32,417 nt of DNA, taken from the NCBI GenBank assembly GCA_964422255.1, contig CAYRAR010000002.1, forward strand, positions 1-32,417, given 5' to 3'. How positions within the stretch are numbered: position 1 is the stretch's first letter; every line of letters begins with the position of its first letter. The notes beneath the pieces are model-generated. The model was not told the DNA's origin and ran no database searches. It saw nothing but the letters and a program-made list of their open reading frames with translations. The stretch comes from an uncultured Thermodesulfobacteriota bacterium (lineage in GTDB: Bacteria; Desulfobacterota; B13-G15). Position numbers and translations under genes: made by a program. Shown in pieces: positions 1 through 6,469 of this stretch.

Positions 1-4
1 TCAT

Positions 5-946
5 CTACGAGTTCTCCAGGTCCTGAGCCGCCTCGTAATAGATTCTCTGGTTGAACACCCGGAAGGTGAGGCGGTTTTCCTTTAGGAGCTTCTCTATTGT
101 CTTTACCAGCTCCAGCTCCCTCACCCCCAGGGTCCTGGATAGGTCCTCGAGGGTGACGGGCCTTATGGCCACAAGCTTGAGGATCTTCTCCTCCAGTCGG
201 TCTATGATCGTCCTCCGGGAGCACCCCTTGAAATCGGTGACCACCTCCACCCCCTCACCCCACTCCTGCTGGATCTTTCTCAATTTCTCGGCCGAAAGGG
301 CGAAGGCGTAATCTTCGGCCCCGGGGCGGGTGACGGTATTGAGGTGCACCCTCTGGGGGTTGATCTCCGAGATCACCTCCTTGAGCCTCCTTATCTCCTC
401 GGGCTGATCGTTTATCCCCCGACAGAAGAGGACCTCAAGCCATACCTCTCCCCTGAACTCCCTCCGGAAGTCCCTTATCCCCTCGATGATCCTCTGGATG
501 GAGAGGGAAGGGTGGGGACGGTTTATCGTCTCGAACACAGCAGGGGTGACGGCATCAAGGGAGGGGAGCACCAGGTCCGCCTCGGCCACCTCCCGCCTCA
601 CCTCTTCCATGAATAGTAGGGAGCCGTTGGTTATCACCGCCACGGGGATCTCGGTCATTTCCTTTATTCCCTTTATGATCTCTCCCAGCCGCTCGTTGAG
701 GGTGGGCTCCCCGGATCCCGATATGGTGACATAGTCGATTTCCCCTGCCCATTCTTCGAGGGCTTCCCTGACATCGGCGAGGATCGACCCTGCGGGCAGG
801 TATTCCTTTCTCTCGATCGTCTGGAGGGTGGTCCTTCCGATCTGACAATAGATGCAGTTGTAGGAGCAGACCTTCTTGGGGACGAGGTCAATGCCCAGGG
901 ATAGACCCAGGCGCCTCGATGGGACGGGTCCGTAGACGTACTTCAT
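5..946 (-). CDS. radical SAM protein with C-terminal winged-helix-like extension
   Basis: 313-aa ORF. It has an N-terminal GPVPSRRLG motif followed by CSYNCIYC (Cx3Cx2C radical-SAM cluster motif) at residues 27-34, and a GSGEPTL motif. The last ~60 aa (RPVTLEDLSRTLGVRELELVKTIEKLL) resemble a wHTH. Its start overlaps the stop of the upstream Nudix gene by 4 nt. Confidence 0.8.
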   Translation of the reverse strand: MKYVYGPVPSRRLGLSLGIDLVPKKVCSYNCIYCQIGRTTLQTIERKEYLPAGSILADVREALEEWAGEIDYVTISGSGEPTLNERLGEIIKGIKEMTEIPVAVITNGSLLFMEEVRREVAEADLVLPSLDAVTPAVFETINRPHPSLSIQRIIEGIRDFRREFRGEVWLEVLFCRGINDQPEEIRRLKEVISEINPQRVHLNTVTRPGAEDYAFALSAEKLRKIQQEWGEGVEVVTDFKGCSRRTIIDRLEEKILKLVAIRPVTLEDLSRTLGVRELELVKTIEKLLKENRLTFRVFNQRIYYEAAQDLENS

Positions 947-1443
947 CGCTCTCCTCCCAGGAACTGAGCTATGAGCTTCCGGTGAGAGGCGAAGGCTACC
1001 TCTGGCATCTCCTGCACGGGAAAGTATCTTACCTCCTCTGCGTCATCTCCAGCCCTCAGAGTCCCCCTCTCGGCAGTCACATGGTAGCCCAGGATGATGA
1101 GGGGACCGTAAAAAGGGCTCCTCTCTGTCACCACCCCCAGGAGCTTAACCACCTTCCCCCTTATCCCTGTCTCCTCTTCCAGCTCCCTCAGGACCCCCTC
1201 CTCGGGGGTCTCTTCGGCCTCGATGAAGCCCCCTGGCAGGCTCCACTTTCCCCGTGCCGGCTCCTTGGCCCGTCTCACCAGCAAGATCTCCCCCTCCGGG
1301 CCCTTAAGGAGGGCGGCGGTGGCGGGGAGGGGGTTATGGTAATGGACGATCTGGCAGCGGGGGCAATAAGCCCTTTCCCTTTCCCCTCTCTTTATCCTTT
1401 TCAGCCTTGAACCGCAGTATGGGCAGAAGAGCTTCTCCTTCAC
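943..1443 (-). CDS. Nudix hydrolase with N-terminal Cys4 zinc ribbon (mini NudC-like)
   Basis: 166-aa ORF. It has CPYCG...CPRC within the first 31 aa, then the Nudix box GGFIEAEETPEEGVLRELEEETGI. It shares 4-nt overlaps with both neighbours. Confidence 0.85.
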   Translation of the reverse strand: MKEKLFCPYCGSRLKRIKRGERERAYCPRCQIVHYHNPLPATAALLKGPEGEILLVRRAKEPARGKWSLPGGFIEAEETPEEGVLRELEEETGIRGKVVKLLGVVTERSPFYGPLIILGYHVTAERGTLRAGDDAEEVRYFPVQEMPEVAFASHRKLIAQFLGGER

Positions 1444-1988
1444 TTTCTGCCGAAGCCCTCCCAGTAGAGGAAGTCCCTCACCTTCTTTCTCGGAGGGGCC
1501 TCGGGGACAGAGGCGGGGTACCCGATGGGGACGATGGCCACCACCTCCCTGTCAGGGGGGACACCGAGAAGGGAGGCCGCCTTCCCGGCGTCGAAATACC
1601 CTATGATCACCGTCCCCAATCCTCGGGAATGGGCGTAGAGGCAGAGGTTCTCCACCGCTAAGGCCACATCGAACATCAACCAGTCGCCCTTCTCCGTTAC
1701 GGCTCTTCCCTTGTAGAAGCCCGATACCCCCCTCTTGCCCAGGAAGACAAGGACCAGGGGAGCCCCGGTGACCGCGGGTTTCCCCGGATTCCTCGGCGGA
1801 AGGGTTTCCGCCAGCTCCCTCTTCTTTTCCTCCCCTTTTATGGCGATCACTTCCCAGCACTGGGTGTTGGCCCAAGAGGGGGCCCATCTCACCGCCTCCA
1901 TCAGCTCCTCTATCACCCCATCAGGAATGGGGTTCCCTTTGAACTGACGCACACTCCTCCTCTCCTTTATGGCTTCGATCACGTTCAT
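1440..1988 (-). CDS. nitroreductase family protein
   Basis: 182-aa ORF. The N-terminus (IEAIKERRSVRQFKGNPIP...ELMEAVRWAPSWANTQCW) is the classic NADH-oxidase/flavin-reductase fold signature. Confidence 0.8.
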   Translation of the reverse strand: MNVIEAIKERRSVRQFKGNPIPDGVIEELMEAVRWAPSWANTQCWEVIAIKGEEKKRELAETLPPRNPGKPAVTGAPLVLVFLGKRGVSGFYKGRAVTEKGDWLMFDVALAVENLCLYAHSRGLGTVIIGYFDAGKAASLLGVPPDREVVAIVPIGYPASVPEAPPRKKVRDFLYWEGFGRK

Positions 1989-2737
1989 GATCTCCTCCTC
2001 TTGTAAAAGAGCGTTGCGGTTATGGTGAACTGAGGCCCTCTAAGCTCCTTCAGGGCGTCCTGACACCTCCGGGCGAGGGCGCGGAGGCAGCGGGCGGCCT
2101 CCACCTGGGGAAAGGATGCTACAAGGGGCATGCCCCTTTCCTCGCATTTCATGAAGAGGGGATCGAAGGGGATCACACCCAGGGGGTTGAGGGGAAGGGG
2201 TATCTCCCCCTCTCCTCGGGCCATGTTTATCACCGCCCCTATCGACCTCATATGTACGTGATGGAAAAAGGCTTCAAGCCTCTTTGCCTCGTTCAAGGAG
2301 ACCGGGGTGGGGGTGGTGACTATCAGGGCGGCCGCTGAGCCTTTAAGCAGCTGGGCCATGCTCATGACCTCATCCCCTATCCCTGAAGGGAGGTCGATCA
2401 CCAAGTAGTCCAGTCCCCCCCAGTTGGTCTCGTAAAGGAACTGCTTCAGCACCCCGTGCTTTATCGGACCGCGCCAGCTCACTGGAGTATGGGGACGGTG
2501 GAGGAAGAGGGCGACGGAGATCACCTTGAGGCCCTTCACGGTCACGGGCTCTATCCCCTCCATCCCCTTCACCCCCTGGGCGGATATCCCCAGGAAAGAG
2601 GGCACACTGGGGGAATGGATGTTGGCATCGAGGATCCCCACTTGCCACCCTTCCAGGGCCCACCCAAGGGCGAGGTTCACCGCTATGGTGGTCTTTCCCA
2701 CGCCTCCTTTACCTGCTACAAGAAGGGTCCTTCTCAT
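1985..2737 (-). CDS. Mrp/MinD-superfamily P-loop ATPase (no CxxC motif)
   Basis: 250-aa ORF with a deviant Walker A (GKGGVGKTT) and a Walker B-like LVIDLPSG. Overall it resembles Mrp/NBP35, but the CxxC Fe-S bridging motif is absent. Confidence 0.75.
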   Translation of the reverse strand: MRRTLLVAGKGGVGKTTIAVNLALGWALEGWQVGILDANIHSPSVPSFLGISAQGVKGMEGIEPVTVKGLKVISVALFLHRPHTPVSWRGPIKHGVLKQFLYETNWGGLDYLVIDLPSGIGDEVMSMAQLLKGSAAALIVTTPTPVSLNEAKRLEAFFHHVHMRSIGAVINMARGEGEIPLPLNPLGVIPFDPLFMKCEERGMPLVASFPQVEAARCLRALARRCQDALKELRGPQFTITATLFYKRRRS

Positions 2738-2740
2738 CCT

Positions 2741-3565
2741 TTAAAACTCGGCGGTGAATCCCACCGGTGCATACAAGACCTCTGCGGGGAGGCGCTCCCG
2801 CAGGAGGAAGAAGCCCTCCATGCCCGTACAGTGGGACACCGCCATCCTCTTTATGTCAAAGGCCTTCAAGGCCTCCACGACCTTCCCCCTGCGCTCCTCA
2901 GGGTAGAACCCGAGATGTGTGCCCCCGAGGACGGCCACGAAAGTACCCTTTCCCGTCAGCTCCCTGATGTGAGTAAGGATGTTTATCACCCCTCGATGGG
3001 CGCATCCCAAGATGACGACGATCCCCTCAGGGGTGGAGGCGAAGAGCGAAAGGTCGTCCTCCATCGGATCCTTCACGAACCCCTCCCCTTCCCTTAGCAG
3101 GAGGTCCTCCTGGGGACCTTCAAAGGGGGTTACCCTGGGGACGGTTCCTGTGGTGAAGACCCCGGGGAGTACCTCCACGGGCTCCGAGGTGAGGGTGAGT
3201 TCTCCCGCCCACCCCTCCACGGCCTCACGGGAGAAGGGTATCCCTATATAGCGGGTCCTCCCGTCCCGCAGGGCATATTTGGGAGAGAAGATCCCGGGGT
3301 GGGCGATGAGCCTCATCTCCCTGGTGAGCACGGTCCTCAGCCCTCCCGTATGATCGTAATGTCCGTGGCTGAGGACCACCCCCTCGACCCTCCCGAGCTC
3401 CACCCCCAATCTTCTGGCATTTCTTTCGATACTTATCCCCTGTCCGGTATCGAACAGGATTCCCCGGCCATCCCTTTCCAGGTAAATGCTCAGGCCGTGC
3501 TCTCCCAGGAGACCTTCACCCCGGAAGATCACGTTGTCGCAGAGGATCTTTATACGCAGGGGCAT
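2741..3565 (-). CDS. MBL-fold metallo-hydrolase (COG1237-like)
   Basis: 274-aa ORF with the LCDN...GEHGLS...LFDTG N-terminus and the HGHYDHTGG (HxHxDH) metal motif. Confidence 0.75.
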   Translation of the reverse strand: MPLRIKILCDNVIFRGEGLLGEHGLSIYLERDGRGILFDTGQGISIERNARRLGVELGRVEGVVLSHGHYDHTGGLRTVLTREMRLIAHPGIFSPKYALRDGRTRYIGIPFSREAVEGWAGELTLTSEPVEVLPGVFTTGTVPRVTPFEGPQEDLLLREGEGFVKDPMEDDLSLFASTPEGIVVILGCAHRGVINILTHIRELTGKGTFVAVLGGTHLGFYPEERRGKVVEALKAFDIKRMAVSHCTGMEGFFLLRERLPAEVLYAPVGFTAEF

Positions 3566-3577
3566 CTCTCAAAAAAA

Positions 3578-4609
3578 TCATGTTTGCGGGAGGAGCCCTT
3601 TTATCTCCTCGAGGACCGACCGGAGGGAAGGGAGGGGGCCGAACCACTCCCGCCCTGTCAGCTCCTGGGCGAAACAGCGATAAAGGAGGGAGAGGAGCTC
3701 CTTAAACTTAGGGGGCAGGGGCGGGGGGGCGCTCTTGACCATCTCCCTCCAGTGCACCCTGTCCTTCCTCTTCGCCTCCTCCACCTCCTTGTACCAGGGG
3801 GTGCTTCGGTAATAGATTCGGGCCAGCTCCTTGCTCACGCTGGTCCCTGCCCAGGTGAAGCGGCACTCGTCCAGGGTCCCCACCGCGTCCACCACCATGA
3901 GCCTCCTTTCGCCGTCGAACCCCAGCTCTATCTTCCCATCATTATTTTCGAGGCCCAGCCTCATCACCTCCGCGGTTATGAGTTTGTTCACCTCGCTCAC
4001 GATCTCCTTGATCCGCTCGAGCTCATACCCCCTCAGTCCCGCCATCTCCGCCGCCTCCTCCCAGGAGATGTACCTGTCCGTCTCCTCCAGTTTTGTCGAA
4101 AGGTCGAAGAAAGGTTGGGGAAGCCTTGTTCCCGGCTCCGGGACGGTGTCGAACCCGAGGTCCTGAGGGGAGAGGTTCCCCTCCTTCAGCCTCCTGAAGA
4201 CGCTTGAGCCTGGTGGCAGGGAATTCCGATAGATGACCTCTAAGGGGATGAGGAAGTTGCCCTCTTCAGAGCGGAAGACCTCGTAATGGTACTCCCCTCC
4301 CCTGACCTCGGGCCTTATCACCCGCAGGAGCTTCACCTCCATGACCGAAGAGGGGGAGCGAAGCTCCCCAAGCCTCCTCGCCTCTCCTCCCTCCACCAGG
4401 CCGACGTAATGGGTCTTTATTCCCATCCTCTCAAGCAACTCGAAGAAATGGGCGGAGGTGAGGCAGAGAGAGGTCCCTTTATAGGGGATGTGATCGGGCA
4501 TCTCTCCCCAGTCAAAGACGGAATACCGATCGGAGAAGTGAAAGCGTCCCCTCCCTGGATTGAGCCCCTTAGGGGGTTCTAAGACCTCAAGGTCCTTTAC
4601 ACTACCCAC
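3578..4609 (-). CDS. purC: phosphoribosylaminoimidazole-succinocarboxamide synthase (SAICAR synthetase), long form
   Basis: 343-aa ORF. GSVKDLEVL...GRGRFHFSDRYSVFDWG matches the SAICAR synthetase N-terminus. It overlaps purE by 8 nt. Confidence 0.8.
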   Translation of the reverse strand: MGSVKDLEVLEPPKGLNPGRGRFHFSDRYSVFDWGEMPDHIPYKGTSLCLTSAHFFELLERMGIKTHYVGLVEGGEARRLGELRSPSSVMEVKLLRVIRPEVRGGEYHYEVFRSEEGNFLIPLEVIYRNSLPPGSSVFRRLKEGNLSPQDLGFDTVPEPGTRLPQPFFDLSTKLEETDRYISWEEAAEMAGLRGYELERIKEIVSEVNKLITAEVMRLGLENNDGKIELGFDGERRLMVVDAVGTLDECRFTWAGTSVSKELARIYYRSTPWYKEVEEAKRKDRVHWREMVKSAPPPLPPKFKELLSLLYRCFAQELTGREWFGPLPSLRSVLEEIKGLLPQT

Positions 4610-5075
4610 CCCTTACCTCCTCATCCGCCCGTTCTATCTCCTCTTTCCTCTTGCCCTGATATTCCCTTATTCTCTCCTCCAGCGCCTTCTCCTTCAGGGC
4701 GAGGATCTTGGCAGCGGCCAGGGCCGCTGCCTCCGGCTCCAGCACCACCAGGGGGGCCACCCCAGAGGGCATCCTGAGGCTGGAGAAGATGTCCGCCCCC
4801 CCGAACCGGTCGCTGTGAGGAGGGCAGGCAATAACGGGCCGCGGCGTTTGGGCATCCACAAAGCCGCTCAGGGCGTTGGACCTCCCCGCCACGGTGATGA
4901 AGACCACCTCGTCCTCCTCATATTCCCTTATGATCTCCAGGACCTTCTCGGGCGTTTTGTGGGCAGAAGCGATCCTCAAAGTCGTTTCGATCCCGAAGGA
5001 TTGGAGGGTCTCCTTTATCCTTTCCGCATGGGGGAGGTCCCCCTTTGACCCCGTCAGGACGATCGCCTTCCCCAT
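4602..5075 (-). CDS. purE: PurE family protein, class II type (AIR carboxylase-like)
   Basis: 157-aa ORF. ASAHKTPEK and VAGRSNALSGF...PVIACPP resemble animal and Treponema class II PurE (SAHKGP, AGRSNGLGP...PVISCPP). They do not resemble class I (SAHRTP, AGGAAHLPG). Confidence 0.85.
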   Translation of the reverse strand: MGKAIVLTGSKGDLPHAERIKETLQSFGIETTLRIASAHKTPEKVLEIIREYEEDEVVFITVAGRSNALSGFVDAQTPRPVIACPPHSDRFGGADIFSSLRMPSGVAPLVVLEPEAAALAAAKILALKEKALEERIREYQGKRKEEIERADEEVRGG

Positions 5076-5080
5076 CTCTA

Positions 5081-5494
5081 TTATTGAGGCTTGCTCTTTA
5101 TCCCCAGGTGTCTGTCAATGCTTTCCTTTATCACCATCGAGGCCCGCTTGTTCCCGAAGGTCCCCACCCTTATCTTCACCGCCGTAATTCCGGAACCCTT
5201 ATTTATCACCTTGACCGTGACCGAACCCCCGTTGGCCCTCCTCGCCTTGATCTTTCCGCTGAAGCCGTCCTTTACCTTCTGCTCGATGGTGATGTCACAA
5301 TCCCTCAAGGCCGCAAGGGTGGCCCGCCAGACCTCCTCGTAGGGGCGGGGGTATTCGATCTTCATTTCCCCCTTTATGTAGGTGTAGGTAGCCACCCCGG
5401 CCCCAGCCCCGGCCCCTACCAGTATCACCTCCGCACAGCCGTAGAGGATAAAGGGGATCACCATGATGAGAAAAAAGGCCTTCCGAAGCTTCAT
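5081..5494 (-). CDS. small lipoprotein, DUF3568-like
   Basis: 137-aa ORF. It has a signal peptide ending in LYGC (lipobox-like), a Gly/Ala stretch and an IRVGTFGN motif. The family assignment is from memory of the DUF3568 pattern. Confidence 0.6.
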   Translation of the reverse strand: MKLRKAFFLIMVIPFILYGCAEVILVGAGAGAGVATYTYIKGEMKIEYPRPYEEVWRATLAALRDCDITIEQKVKDGFSGKIKARRANGGSVTVKVINKGSGITAVKIRVGTFGNKRASMVIKESIDRHLGIKSKPQ

Positions 5495-5585
5495 CCTTCC
5501 CTCCTCTTTGATTTTTTCAATGTCGAAAAGATAACAGATTTTTCCCCCTTTTGAAAGGGTTACTTGCGAGTGGCTTTGTTATAGA

Positions 5586-6389
5586 ATGGAGAGGATGATG
5601 AGGAAGGCACTTTCCATAGGTACCCTGATCCTCGCCTCTGTTCTCCTCCTCGGGGCAAGGGAGGGGAGGGTGGTTCGGGTGGTGGATGGGGATACGGTGG
5701 TGCTCGATGACGGGCGTCGCGTTCGTTATCTCGGGATCAACACCCCGGAAAGGGGGGAGCCCTTCTGGAGGAAGGCGAGGGAGGAGAACGCCCGCTGGGT
5801 GAAGGGGAAGGTCGTCCGTCTGGAAGGGGAGGGGGGGCTGATGGAAGATAAGTACGGGCGCCTCCTGGCTTATCTCTTTGTGGACGGGAGGATAGTGAAC
5901 GAGGAATTGCTGAGGAGGGGACTCGCCCACCTCTTCGTGATACAGCCCATCGGGTTCTATCAGCGCTTTTACCTCCTGCAGGAGGAAGCGAGGAGGAAGG
6001 GGTTGGGGATATGGGGGAAGGGGGGATTCCCGGGCCCCCTGAAGATCACGAGCCTTCACGCCGATGCCCCGGGGGATGACCGCTTCAACCTGAACGGAGA
6101 GTACGTGAGGATCTGCAACATCTCACCCCGTCCCGTCTCCCTCCGGGGGTTCTGGATAAGGGACAGGAAAGGGCACACATACAGGTTCCCTGGCGGGGAA
6201 TTGAGGCCCGGTTACACCCTCCTGCTGTTTTCGGGGAAGGGTAGGGACGTGAGGAAGGGGGCCACGGAACTCCATTTCTTCTGGGGGAGCAATTACCCCA
6301 CATGGAACAACAAGGGCGATGAGGCCTTCCTTTACAGCCCGGAGGGGAAGCTCATTGACCGATTCCGTTACCGCCGCAGAAGGCCCTGA
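5586..6389 (+). CDS. secreted thermonuclease (SNase) fused to a lamin-tail domain
   Basis: 267-aa ORF. An N-terminal signal peptide is followed by an SNase core ([12 protein letters not shown]...[10 protein letters not shown]...YGRLLAY). The C-terminal ~110 aa fit the LTD pattern ([31 protein letters not shown]...[10 protein letters not shown]). Confidence 0.8.
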   Translation: MERMMRKALSIGTLILASVLLLGAREGRVVRVVDGDTVVLDDGRRVRYLGINTPERGEPFWRKAREENARWVKGKVVRLEGEGGLMEDKYGRLLAYLFVDGRIVNEELLRRGLAHLFVIQPIGFYQRFYLLQEEARRKGLGIWGKGGFPGPLKITSLHADAPGDDRFNLNGEYVRICNISPRPVSLRGFWIRDRKGHTYRFPGGELRPGYTLLLFSGKGRDVRKGATELHFFWGSNYPTWNNKGDEAFLYSPEGKLIDRFRYRRRRP

Positions 6390-6469
6390 TCCTGGCGGGT
6401 CGCAGTTGCCAAGGCCTGGGCTTTGTGATATTTCTTAACCTCTTTCAAGATCTCTGTAAGGAGAAGGGG

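Noticed and set aside
3299-4207. A 302-aa plus-strand ORF spanning the MBL/purC junction.
   Set aside because: It is antisense to two well-supported genes and crosses their boundary. It has no motifs.
5495-5585. A divergent promoter between the lipoprotein/purE string and the nuclease gene.
   Set aside because: A promoter almost certainly exists here, but no -35/-10 pair with acceptable spacing could be identified by eye. TTGAAA and TAGAAT are about 24 nt apart. No feature is reported.
6390-6469. A T-box or other leader riboswitch upstream of ileS (and likewise upstream of metG).
   Set aside because: The non-coding stretch before ileS is only ~80 nt, and before metG only 9 nt. Both are too short for a T-box, and I could find no specifier or antiterminator-like helices.
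6425-6469. N-terminal extensions in the ORF track: ileS from the GTG at 6425, PSP1 from the TTG at 19109, and the SDR from 21448.
   Set aside because: In each case an internal ATG (6470, 19196, 21514) has a better SD or coupling context. Each of those ATGs also coincides with the start of the conserved family N-terminus. The extensions overlap upstream genes or are low-complexity.
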